A stretch of DNA of 64,000 nucleotides, taken from Macrostomum lignano (lineage: Eukaryota). Under the pieces are notes generated by a model. That model was given only the letters and a program-made list of their open reading frames with translations. It was not told the origin of the DNA and did not search any database. Made by a program: the position numbers and the translations under genes. This document shows positions 1-12,152 of the stretch, piece by piece (positions within the stretch are counted from its first letter, which is position 1; the number at the start of each line of letters is the position of its first letter). Location: the NCBI GenBank assembly GCA_002269645.1, contig NIVC01001645.1, forward strand, positions 159,245 through 223,244, given 5' to 3'.

Positions 1-1508
1 AGTGCCAAAAGAGACAGGAGAGTGCCCGCAGAGAGACATGAGAGTGCCAGAAGAGACACGAGAGTGCCAGAAGAGACAGGAGAGTGCCGGCAGAAAGACA
101 GGAGAGTGCCTGAAGAGACAGGAGAGTGCCTGCAGAGAGACAGGAGAGTGCCAGAAGAGACAGGAGAGTGCCAGAAGAGACGGGAGAGTGCCCGCAGAGA
201 GACATGAGAGTGCCAGAAGAGACACGAGAGTGCCAGAAGAGACAGGAGAGTGCCGGCAGAAAGACAGGAGAGTGCCTAAAGAGACAGGAGAGTGCCGGCA
301 GAAAGACAGGAGAGTGCCAGAAGAGACAGGAGAGTGCCAGAAGAGACACGAGAGTGCCAGAAGAGACAGGAGATGTGCCGGCAGAAAGACAGGAGAGTGC
401 CTGAAGAGACAGGAGAGTGCCTGCAGAGAGACAGGAGAGTGCCAGAAGAGACGGGAGAGTGCCCGCAGAGAGACATGAGAGTGCCAGAAGAGACACGAGA
501 GTGCCAGAAGAGACAGGAGATGTGCCGGCAGAAAGACAGGAGAGTGCCAGAAGAGACAGGAGAGTGCCAGAAGAGACAGGAGAGTGCCAGAAGAGACGGG
601 AGAGTGCCCGCAGAGAGACATAAGAGTGCCAGAAGAGACACGAGAGTGCCAGAAGAGACACGAGAGTGCCTGCAGAAAGACAGGAGAGTGCCTAAAGAGA
701 CAGGAGAGTGCCGGCAGAAAGACAGGAGAGTGCCAGAAGAGACAGGAGAGTGCCAGAAGAGACGAGAGAGTGCCCGCAGAGAGACATGAGAGTGCCAGAA
801 GAGACACGAGAGTGCCAGAAGAGACAGGAGAGTGCCGGCAGAGAGACAGGAGAGTGCCAGAAGAGACAGGAGAGTGCCAGAAGAGACGAGAGAGTGCCCG
901 CAGAGAGACATGAGAGTGCCAGAAGAGACACGAGAGTGCCAGAAGAGACAGGAGAGTGCCTGCAGAGAGACAGGAGAGTGCCAGAAGAGACACGAGAGTG
1001 CCAGAAGAGACAGGAGAGTGCCAGAAGAGACAGGAGAGTGCCAGAAGAGACACGAGAGTGCCAGAAGAGACAGGAGAGTGCCAGAAGAGACAGGAGAGTG
1101 CCAGAAGAGACAGGAGAGTGCCCGCAGAAAGACATGAGAGTGCCAAAAGAGACAGGAGAGTGCCAGAAGAGACAGGAGAGTGCCAGAAGAGACAGGAGAG
1201 TGCCGGCAGAAAGACAGGAGAGTGCCAGAAGAGACAGGAGAGTGCCGGCAGAAAGACAGGAGAGTGCCAGAAGAGACGGGAGAGTGCCGGCAGAAAGACA
1301 GGAGAGTGCCAGAAGAGACAGGAGAGTGCCGGCAGAGAGACAGGAGAGTGCCAGAAGAGACAGGAGAGTGCCAGAAGAGACAGGAGAGTGCCAGAAGAGA
1401 CAGGAGAGTGCCAAAAGAGAGACAGGAGAGTGCCGGCAGAAAGACAGGAGAGTGCCAGAAGAGACGAGAGAGTGCCTGCAGAGAGACACGAGAGTGCCAG
1501 CAGAGACA
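1..1508. repeat. Purine-rich minisatellite, 20-22 bp units (GAGAGTGCCAGAAGAGACAG and variants); probably intronic in the SLC6 gene; truncated by window start
   Basis: Direct tandem reiteration visible throughout; the overlapping ORFs are repeat translations. Confidence 0.95.
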
Positions 1509-2232
1509 GAGTTTCACAATAGCTTTCGTACATCTTTACGCAGCTGTCATTCCGAAAGACAGAACTTTAATTAGCAGAAGATAAAAAAAAGTTTGACATG
1601 CTGGAGGGTTTAAAGGCGCAGAGTAATCACTGAGTTGCAGGCCTTCTCCAGCGCTAAATGCGCACTGAAGTGACCTTAACGGTTGGTTCGCCCCCCGCTA
1701 CTCATCAAGTGCGCACAGTGAGCTATATGCTCTCACAGTGGAAGACCCAATTAGCCTGAGCAGGCTGCGAATTGAGAACCCTAATTAATTTACAACCTGC
1801 TGCTATCTTGGCTGCCTGGCGTCACAAAAAGTGAGGCGGGCACCGGCTCAGCTGAGCATTTTGAGCGGTTGGTTAGATGAAGAGGACTCGAATTTTAGAT
1901 TTTTTATTGTTCCTTTCATCGCTAACTCAAGCGCCCTCAAAGCAGGTTGTGTGTGTGCCCCATCGCTCTTATACTCATACTGTCATGATAGCAGCTGCCA
2001 GGCAGAAATTAGAGATGGACGGCACCCCCCGCTCTTGGGGCTACTCTGCGTCGCGAGTAAATTTTGTAAATTGTTCGTTGTTGCTTTATTATCGGAATTT
2101 AAACAGGACGAGAGGGTACAGATGGAGGCACATTGTCTTTATGAATCGCAACTTTTGGCACTGCACTTTTTTGAGTTTGTCCTCTCTGAGTTTCACTTTG
2201 AGTCCTCTTCTGAGTTTTACTGCATAACTTAG

Positions 2233-2425
2233 TTAGTGACAGGTAGAGGGGGGAATTAGTGATAGGTAGAGGGGGGAATTAGTGACAAATAGAGGGGGAA
2301 TTAGTGACAAGGTAGAAGGGGGAATTAGTGACAGGTACAGGATAGATTAATTAGTGGCAGATATAGAGTGTGAAATTGGAGACAGGTACAGGGGGAAAAG
2401 TGACAGGTAGAGGGGGGAAAGGTAC
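2233..2425. repeat. Short decayed array of AGTGACAGGTAGAGGGG(G)AATT units
   Basis: About 5-8 degenerate copies; same unit as 4561-5038. Confidence 0.8.
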
Positions 2426-2608
2426 ACGTAGATGAGGGAAAAAAGGGACAGGTAGATGCAGGAACAGGTGACGGGTAGAAATTCGTAGAGTATTTAAAAT
2501 TCCAATTCACTGCAGATTTAAAAAATACGGATTTTAAAACGGAGCAAAAATATTAAGCGCTAGCAGACAAACAAAACAACACCGAAAAAACCTCACCTCC
2601 CCTGCCAG

Positions 2609-5600
2609 ACGCGGCCTGCTGGCGGTGCACCAGAGCCCGAACATCGAGACCCTGGGCAGGCCCCGGTTCGTGCTGGTTGCCTGCATCTTCATTGCCTACG
2701 CAATCATATTCTTTGCCCTCTGGCGCGGAATCAAGTCATCCGGCAAGGTGGTGTACATCACCGCCACCATGCCCGTGCTGCTGCTCGTCATCCTGCTGAT
2801 CAACGGAGTACAGCTGCCTGGCGCCACCAAGGGTATCGACTATTACATTCGGCCGGACGTGTCCAAGATTGACCTCTTTGTGAGATCCGGTTGATGAATT
2901 TGAAGAAAGAGGCTGGGAATAAATAAATATTAGCAGGAGGATTGTGGGCATCCAGTGGGGGTATTAAAATTTTAACTTCTTAGGCATATGATCTTAACCA
3001 GATTCTATATTTTCTAAAATAATATTCTCTCAAATTCTCTCAAAATCCCATATCCGAAATCCCATATTCCCTTAGTCCGATATCACCACATTCCATGCCT
3101 AAATCCCATATCCCCCAACAAATCCCATATTCGACCAAATATCATATTCTACCAAATCTCAGATTCTAGCGAATCCTGTGTCCCAAATCCCACATCCCCA
3201 AATGGCCCATATCCCCAAATCCCATATCCCCAAATCCCATGTCCCCAAATCCCATATCCCCAAATGGCCCATATCCCCAAATCCCATATCCCCAAATCCC
3301 ATGTCCCCAAATCCCATGTCCCCAAATCCCATATCCCCAAATGGCCCATATCCCCAAATCCCATATCCCCAAATCCCATATCCCCAAATCCCATGTCCCC
3401 AAATCCCATATCCCCAAATGGCCCATGTCCCCAAATCCCATATCCAAAGACCTCGTATCCCCCAACTCCAAAGCTTCCCGAAACCCACATCCCCAACCCG
3501 GACAGGCGTGGATCGAGGCCTCAGTGCAGGTGTTCTACTCAACGGCGGCAGGGTTCGGGGGCCACCTGAGCCTGTCCAGCTACAACAAGCGCAGCAGCAA
3601 CTGCTACCGGGACACCATCATCACCATCGTGTGCAACGCCTGCTTCAGCTTCCTGTCCGGCTTTGTGGTGTTCGCCTATCTCGGCTACATGGCCGACCTC
3701 ACCAACCGCAGCGTGGAGGCTGTGGCTTCTGACGGTGAGTTCAGTGCATGTGCTCAGTAAAGCTTACAAATAGTATATTACTTAATGTACTCATTAAACT
3801 TAGTTTAGTCTTAGTTCTTTGTATAAATGTATAAATTTAGTGTTCGGTATAGTAATTTTGTAAAGGTATGTGTGTACCTTTAGGGCTAAGCATATCACTC
3901 AGTGTCTTTTTCGAGCTCAATAAAGTATTCAGTGTACTTTTAATGATCATTAAAGTATTCAATGTACTTTTAGTGATAAGTAAAGTATTCAGTGTACTTT
4001 TAGTGATCAGTAAAGTATTCAGTGTACTTTTAATGATCATTAAAGTATTCAATGTACTTTTAGTGATAAGTAAAGTATTCAGTGTACTTTTAGTGATCAG
4101 TAAAGTATTCAGTGTACTTTTAATGATCATTAAAGTATTCAATGTACTTTTAGTGATAAGTAAAGTATTCAGTGTACTTTTAGTGATCAGTAAAGTATTC
4201 AGTGTACTTTTAATGATCATTAAAGTATTCAATGTACTTTTAGTGATAAGTAAAGTATTCAGTGTACTTTTAGTAATTAGTAAAGTATTCGGCCATACTC
4301 AGTGTAACCGTAGTACTTATTGTGCTCCCAGTGCTCAATGCACAAAAACTATTTAGTGCAGCACACAGACGCTGCAAGAAAACTTTGACCGCTTCGATAC
4401 GGAACCGCAGGTCCCGGCCTGGTGTTCCAAGTCTACCCGCTGGCCGTTGGCACCCTGCCAATTCCGCAGCTCTGGTCCTGCCTGTTCTTCTTCATGCTCA
4501 TCAATCTCGGAGTGGACAGCTTTGTGAGCAATTATCTCGGCTGATAAATTTTGTAAACTTGTGACAAGTAGAAGGGAATTGGTGACAGGTAGAGGGGAAT
4601 TGGTGACAGGTAGAGGGGAATTGGTGACAGGTAGAGGGGAATTAGTGACAGGTAGAGGGGAATTGGTGACAGATAGATGGGAATTGGTGACGGGTAGAGG
4701 GGAATTGGTGACAGATAGAGGGGAATTAGTGACAGGTAGAGGGGAATTAGTGACAGATAGAGGGGAATTAGTGACAGGTAGAGGGGAATTAGTGATAGGT
4801 AGAGGGGAAATAGTGACAGGTAGAGGGGAATTAGTGACAGGTAGAAGAGAATTAGTGACAGGTAGAGGGGAATTAGTGACAGGTAGAGGGGAATTAGTGA
4901 CAGGTAGAGGGGAATTAGTGACAGGTAGAGGGGAATTAGTGACAGGTAGAGGGGAATTAGTGACAGGTAGAGGGGAATTAGTGACAAATACAGGGGGAAT
5001 TAGTGACAGGTAGAGAGGGAATTGACGGGGCAGGTAGAGAGGACGATTGAAGCCAGGCTGAGATAGATACCGGTATGAGTGGAAAGTTTAGATTCACTGC
5101 TGGGACCTCACATTCCAACAGCTATTCAATTTAAAATGGCTCCAAAATTAAGCGCGAAGAAACAAGCAAAACACTACTGCAAGTAGCTAATATGTACTAA
5201 TGCAAAACACTAATTAAGTCATTGTCAGTGTTTTTTTGGGGGAATATGGGATTTGAGAGTTAGGAGATTTGGGGATACGGGATTTGAGGATATATGTTTT
5301 GATGTATTAAAACACTACTGCAAATATCTAATGTGCACTAATAGCTAATATGTAGCTAAATATTACTGCAAGTAGCTAGCTTAAAAATTAAAAACAACGT
5401 TTAATCTTGGCAGATGACTGGCGTGGAGACGGTCCTAACCGGTTTCGGCGAGGTGCTGCTGAAATTCGACTGTATGAATGGCAAATACTTTCGCGTGACC
5501 TTCACCTTCTTGTACCTGTTGCTGCACTTCCTGCTGGCCCTGCTGCTCAGCACTCCGGTGTGTGACACGAGTTATTGCCAGATTTACAGTAGTTGAAATT

Positions 5601-8600
5601 GCAGAACAACGTTTAAACTTTTTCAATTGACGAAATCTCTTAGATTGGGTGCGGGCTAGTCTATAATGAGAAGGCTGTGAGCCAATTCTCAATTTAAATC
5701 ATGGGTGGGCAGAAGAGAGGAGAGGAGAGGAGAGGAGAGGAGAGGAGAGAGGAGAGGAGAGGAGAGGAGAGGAGAGGAGAGGAGAGGAGAGAGGAGAGAG
5801 GAGAGAGGAGAGAGGAGAGAGGAGAGGAGAGAGGAGAGGAGAGAGGAGAGAGGAGAGAGGAGAGAGGAGAAGGAGAGGAGAGAAGAGAGAGGAGAGGAGA
5901 GAGGAGAGGAGAGAGAAGAGAGGAGAGAGGAGAGAGGAGAGAGGAGAGAGGAGAGAGGAGAGAGGAGAGAATGTAGAGAAGGGAACTGAGAAGAGCCGCA
6001 AACCTTAATTGCTATGGCCGGATTGCTATTTTGAAGTTTCAAAGGACCCGAGGGCTGGATGGAGAGGCTCTGTGGGCCGCATGTGGCCTGATTAAAATAG
6101 AAAAAAAAGAATTTAATTAGAATTTTATTTAATTTAAAGTAGATAAGAGCGCGCAGTAGAAAGTCAGAAGGGGGTTGAAAAAGTTGTACACTCTTAGCTT
6201 GAGAGGCGATCGATAGCCGATGTACAGCAATTAAATAAGAATTTTTAAAAGGGCAGAGAGTAGATAAGGCCGCACACGCAAGACTGCGTCTTCTGAACCC
6301 CTTCAGGGCGGCATGTACGTCTGGAATCTGCAGAACAACTTCGTCCCCGGCCTGTCTCTGATCTTCATCGCCTTCTGCGACGCTGTAGCCATCGCCTGGC
6401 TGTACGGTGAGATCCGTGATCTTTGTCTGCGTTTCCCAGGCAAAGAAGTGCGAATGGATTTTAACGGCACAAAATAGTTGTAAAAATGATGCTTTAAAAT
6501 TATCAAACTGGCGTAAATAAAACAAAAAAGTTGTCCCAAAAGCGCTTAATGAGTTTTCAAAATGGCGCTTGAATAGTCGTTATCAAAATGGCGCTTGAAT
6601 AACTATCAAAATGGCGCTTGAATAGCTATCAAAATGGCGCTTGAATAGCTATCAAAATGGCGCTTGAATAGCTATTAAAATGGCGCTTGGATAGCTATCA
6701 AAATGGCACTTGAATAGCTATCAAAATGGCGCTTGAATAACTATCAAAATGGCGCTTGAATAGCTATCAAAATGGCACTTGAATAGCTATCAAAATGGCG
6801 CTTGAATAGCTATCAAAATGGCACTTGAATAGCTATCAAAATGGCGCTTGAATAGCTATCAAAATGGCACTTGAATAGCTATCAAAATGGCGCTTGAATA
6901 GCTATTAAAATGGCGCTTGAATAGCTATCAAAATAGCACTTGAATAGCTATCAAAATGGCGCTTGAATAGCTATCAAAATGGCGCTTGAATAGCTATCAA
7001 AATGGCGCTTGAATAGCTATTAAAATGGCGCTTGAATAGCTATCAAAATGGCGCTTGAATAGCTATTAAAATGGCGCTTGAATAGCTATCAAAATGGCAC
7101 TTGAATAGCTATCAAAATGGCACTTACGAGTAAATAGCTATCAAAATGGCGCTTGAATAGCTATTAAAATGGCGCTTGAATAGCTATCAAAATGGCGCTT
7201 GAATAGCTATCAAAATGGCACTTGAATAGCTATCAAAATGGCACTTGAATAGCTATCAAAATGGCACTTGAATAGCTATCAAAATGGCACTTGAATAGCT
7301 ATCAAAATGGCACTTGAATAGCTATCAAAATGGCACTTGAATAGCTATCAAAATGGCACTTGAATAGCTATCAAAATGGCGCTTGAATAACTATCAAAAT
7401 GGCGCTTGAATAGCTATCAAAATGGCGCTTGAATAGCTATCAAAATGGCGCTTGAATAGCTATTAAAATGGCGCTTGAATAGCTATCAAAATGGCACTTG
7501 AATAGCTATCAAAATGGCGCTTGAATAACTATCAAAATGGCGCTTGAATAGCTATCAAAATGGCACTTGAATAGCTATCAAAATGGCGCTTGAATAGCTA
7601 TCAAAATGGCACTTGAATAGCTATCAAAATGGCGCTTGAATAGCTATTAAAATGGCGCTTGAATAGCTATCAAAATAGCACTTGAATAGCTATCAAAATG
7701 GCGCTTGAATAGCTATCAAAATGGCGCTTGAATAGCTATCAAAATGGCACTTAAATAGCTATCAAAATGGCGCTTGAATAGCTATTAAAATGGCGCTTGA
7801 ATAGCTATCAAAATGGCACTTGAATAGCTATCAAAATGGCACTTGAATAGCTATCAAAATGGCACTTGAATAGCTATCAAAATGGCACTTGAATAGCTAT
7901 CAAAATGGCACTTGAATAGCTATCAAAATGGCACTTGAATAGCTATCAAAATGGCACTTGAATAGCTATTAAAATGGCACTTGAATAGCTATCAAAATGG
8001 CACTTGAATAGCTATCAAAATGGCACTTGAATAGCTATCAAAATGGCACTTGAATAGCTATCAAAATGGCACTTGAATAGCTATCAAAATGGCACTTGAA
8101 TAGCTATCAAAATGGCACTTGAATAGCTATCAAAATGGCGCTTGAATAGCTATCAAAATGGCGCTAAAATATTGATCAAAATGGCGCTAAAATATTGATC
8201 AAAATGGCGCTAAAATAATGATCAAAATGGCGCTAAAAAAGCTGCAAAAATTGGGCTTAAAATCTTTTTATTAATGCTAAAAAGGTATTTTAAAAAGTGA
8301 TTTAAAGTATCGACCTAAAAAAGCCAAGGATGGAATAAAATAAAAGATCAATCTCTAAAATAGTGTATCTAAGTAAAACTAAACATTACTTTTTTACTTT
8401 TTCAGCCGCAATAGCAAACTACAGTAGAATTTAAAAAGTTGTGCAGCATTTAATTGAATCCATTCACGCTATGGTTTATTGAAGGAGATCTGCTGTCTGC
8501 TGTCTTCAGCCTCCAGTGCATGACCTCCCGCTGCGCCCGCTATTAAAGTGAGCAATTAAAATCCAATTAACCTCCCACCACAGGTCTGGACGAGTTCTGC

Positions 8601-10309
8601 TCCGACATCAAGAATGCGATCGGCATCTCGCCTGGCATCTTCTGGCGCATCACCTGGAAGATCATATCGCCCGCGTTCATTCTGGTGCGTCTGGTGGCGC
8701 AAATTCTAATAATACCTAACCGCCTCAATTGTTTTCATATTGCAACGGTGCCATTATATTACTGCTTTGCGTACTCGTAGTAGTCTAGCAGGAATTTTAG
8801 AATCTGGACAGGTTTCGTAGGGAAAGAAAGAAATTAAGAAATTATGAAACCTATGAGTAAGCTCTTAGAAACCATAGAAATCAAATTGACTCCCTTAAAA
8901 ATCTATTAGTCACCTTATAAAAACTATTTTTGAAGCCTTATAAACCAGTTTTGCCTGGTTGGAAACCAACCAATTAGGCGTCCTTAGTAACCGGTTTATC
9001 CCCATGGAAAGCACACTACACACTAATCTAAGATTTTGGCATAAAGCTTTAGACTGGCGGATCCGGGGGTCTAGGAGGTTGGCCCTCAGAAAATTAGGGG
9101 GGGTCACAACCCCCCCGGTAAAAATTCTGAATCCGCCACTAAAGCTGAAAATGCCGCGACCCCATCTGCAGTGCATCATCGTGGCCACGATCTACACTTC
9201 GTTCGACACGACCAGCTATTTGTACTTTTACGCCTACTCGATGTACCACCCGGAGCTGTTTCCCAATCGCACGTCGGACGGCGTCTATTTGTACTTTTAT
9301 TCGGATTCGGCCAAAGCGATCGGCTGGACGCTGACCCTGGTGCAGATTGCGGCCATCTTCCTGTTCGCCATCATCGCTATCGTTCAGTACAGGGTGAGGG
9401 GCTGGGGACCGCGTCAATATGTAGTCAGTAAACTGTTGAATGATAGCAGACCAAAAATAATATATATTTGAATCTATTAATCAATCATTCAAGGAACTAG
9501 TGTACTATTGCATCAATAAGCCAATCAATCAATTTACCAGTCAATTTAACCGACAAGTTAACCAATCAACAAATCAATAAATCAATAAATCAATAAATCA
9601 ATCAATCAATCAATCAATCAACAAGTCAACCAATCAATCAATAAATCCATCAATCAACAAATCAACAAATCCATCAATCAATCAATCAATCAACAAATCA
9701 ACAAATCCATCGATCAATCAATCAATCAATCAATCAACAAATCAACAAATCCATCTATCAATCAATCAATCAACAAATAAACAAATCCATCAATCAATCA
9801 GTCAACAAATCAACAAATCCATCAATCAATCAATCAATCAACAAATCCATCAATAAATCCATCAATCAACAAATTCATCAATCAATCAATCAATCAACAA
9901 ATCCATCAATAAATCCATCAATCAATCAATCAATCAGTCAACAAATCCATCAATCAATCAACTCAACACCCTGCAGAGCGTGCTGAAGGCGATCTCGCCG
10001 GTGTGGCAGCACGCGGCCATCGATTCGGGCGGCAGCAGGACCCGGGCCTCCTGGCGGCACTGGCTTAGCCTGGGTCCCACAAACGTGTTCCCCCTGCGGC
10101 AGCTCTGCCCGGCCAAGCTGCCAGTCACCGACCTGACTGGCCAGCAGTCGGTCGACGGCGAAGGCGACGAGTTGCAGTCGCGCCGGCGACGTCAGGATCA
10201 GCAGCACGAGAACGGCGGCTACATCGGCAGCGAGGCCTCGGCTGCCAGAGGCGGCAGATATCAGGCCGACGTTCTTGACGGAGGCGCGATCGAGATCCAC
10301 TATAAATAA
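2609..10309 (+). CDS. SLC6 (NSS) sodium/chloride-dependent neurotransmitter/amino-acid transporter, 5'-partial (EL2 to C-terminus). Exons 2609-2879, 3506-3734, 4411-4523, 5414-5557, 6307-6406, 8584-8684, 9172-9393, 9977-10309
   Basis: All junctions are AG/GT with compatible phases (about 503 aa visible). Family motifs: [68 protein letters not shown]. Stop TAA followed by AATAAA. Confidence 0.93.
3045..3495. repeat. Intronic 15-17 bp minisatellite (CCCATATCCCCAAAT) running up to the 3506 acceptor
   Basis: Direct tandem copies. Confidence 0.92.
3921..4290. repeat. Intronic 30-bp minisatellite with a 90-bp (3-unit) higher-order period
   Basis: TAAAGTATTCARTGTACTTTTA + ATGATCAT/GTGATAAG/GTGATCAG cycling about 4 times. 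Confidence 0.93.
4561..5038. repeat. Intronic 21-bp minisatellite (AGTGACAGGTAGAGGGGAATT)
   Basis: About 22 tandem copies. Confidence 0.93.
5711..5970. repeat. Intronic pure-purine (GGAGA/GAGAG)n microsatellite
   Basis: Almost exclusively G and A. Confidence 0.95.
6558..8240. repeat. Intronic 23-bp minisatellite (CAAAATGGCGCTTGAATAGCTAT), about 70 copies, ending in a CAAAATGGCGCTAAAATATTGAT variant
   Basis: Direct tandem copies with period 23. Confidence 0.96.
9053..9140. mobile_element. Tiny MITE-like element with AGTGGCGGATCC-type terminal inverted repeats
   Basis: ACTGGCGGATCC ... GAATCCGCCACT; related ends at 34918-35104. Confidence 0.5.
9570..9965. repeat. Intronic (ATCA)n-based compound microsatellite abutting the last SLC6 acceptor
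   Basis: ATCA/ACAAATCC reiterations. Confidence 0.92.
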
Positions 10310-11302
10310 ATATGTGACGATTCACGCGCAGCGCATTACTGCTGGCTATTATGTGAGGACTAGTAGCGTAGTGAGAATAGTAAGCCTATTTTACACGACG
10401 AAAGTCTGTCTTTTTTTCCGGAATAGAGATTTTGGCGCAAATTTAAATTTGAATCAATTTGAACAGTAAAGTTTGCGTACACTGTACAATCACCATTGTC
10501 TAACGTTAACCTCAACACGCACCATTGCACATGTTAAATTGGTACTGTGTATTACAATTTTTATCAACATTTTCCTAATTATTTCTTTCTCGAATTTATA
10601 AATTAACAAAAACACACCTTATTATAGCAGTGTAAGCGTTTTACTTTATAAAAAAACAATATACTAGAGCCGCCGCAAATATCTACAAATATAAAAAAAC
10701 TGTTATAAGAGCGCACGCAATTGTGTATTTGTTTCATTTTAAATCAAAGAATTGCTATTATATTGACAGTTGCAAGATACAAGTGGGTAAAGACACAAGC
10801 TCGAAATAGAGTTCATCCGCTTACCGATTACCGCATGCAAAAAAATAAATGTCAATTTTTTCTAAGCTGCATAAATTTAATAGAAATAAATAGAAGTGCC
10901 TCCGACAGGTGACTAAAAATAATTGATATTGCGATATAAACGAATGTATAGAGAGATATTAGATTCAGTTGATACAATTGTACGAGCTATAAGGTCACTC
11001 CGGTAGGATAATAAATCACTGTTATTAACAGCCTGTATTGCCTGCGCAGAAATATTAACAAAAACAATAAAACAATATCAAGCAGAATTCCATAATTACT
11101 AGAACACGAGAAGCAAGCGAGAGAAGGTCCCAAATAATCTAAGAAGGTAAAGACATATTTGCATATTTGCATATTTGCATATTAGTTAAGACTAAACGTG
11201 TTAATGTTTATTGTGTGTTTAACAATTTCAGGGGAAATAAAATTATCTTTCGTTTCATTAAAGACAAAATTAATTTCGCCTTTGCCGAGGAGTTGGGTAG
11301 CT

Positions 11303-12152
11303 GGGGATCAGATAGGATCAAGACTGCAATCGGGGATTAGATGGGATCAAGACTGCAATCGGGGATTAGATGGGATCAAGACTGCAATCGGGGATTAGAT
11401 GGGATCAAGACTGCAATCAGGGATTAGATGGGATCAAGACTGCAATCAGGGATTAGATGGGATCAAGACTGCAATCAGGGATTAGATGGGATCAAGACTG
11501 CAATCGGGGATTAGATGGGATCAAGACTGCAATCAGGGATTAGATGGGATCAAGACTGCAATCGGGGATTAGGTGGGATCAAGACTGCAATCAGGGATTA
11601 GATGGGATCAAGACTGCAATCGGGGATTAGGTGGGATCAAGACTGCAATCAGGGATTAGATGGGATCAAGACTGCAATCGGGGATTAGATGGGATCAAGA
11701 CTGCAATCAGGGATTAGGTGGGATCAAGACTGCAATCAGGGATTAGATGGGATCAAGACTCCCAGTAGGATTAGATGGGATCAAGACTCCCAGTAGGATT
11801 CGATGGGATCAAGACTCCCAGTAGGATTCGATGGGATCAAGACTCCCAGTAGGATTAGATGGGATCAAGACTCCCAGTAGGATTAGATGGGATCAAGACT
11901 GCCAGTAGGATTAGATGGGATCAAGACTGCAATCAGGGATTAGGTGGGATCAAGACTCCCAGTAGGATTAGATGGGATCAAGACTGCAATCAGGGATTAG
12001 GTGGGATCAAGACTCCCAGTAGGATTAGATGGGATCAAGACTGCAATCAGGGATTAGGTGGGATCAAGACTCCCAGTAGGATTAGATGGGATCAAGACTG
12101 CAATCAGGGATTAGGTGGGATCAAGACTCCCAGTAGGATTAGATGGGATTAA
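11303..12152. repeat. 28/29-bp minisatellite (GGATTAGATGGGATCAAGACT + GCAATCRG or CCCAGTA) at the SGPP 3' end
   Basis: Two unit variants; they alternate (57-bp period) at about 11905-12135; the last unit overlaps the SGPP stop codon. Confidence 0.94.

Noticed and set aside
1-1584. Many long ORFs (up to 413 aa) on both strands
   Set aside because: Translations of a stop-poor minisatellite, with no splice context or domain
1831-2232. 133-aa and 116-aa ORFs as upstream SLC6 exons
   Set aside because: No SLC6 TM1-3 motifs and no suitable splice sites
4561-5038. Recursive splice sites (CAG|GTAGAG in each unit)
   Set aside because: No polypyrimidine tract and the intron is short, so recursive splicing is unlikely
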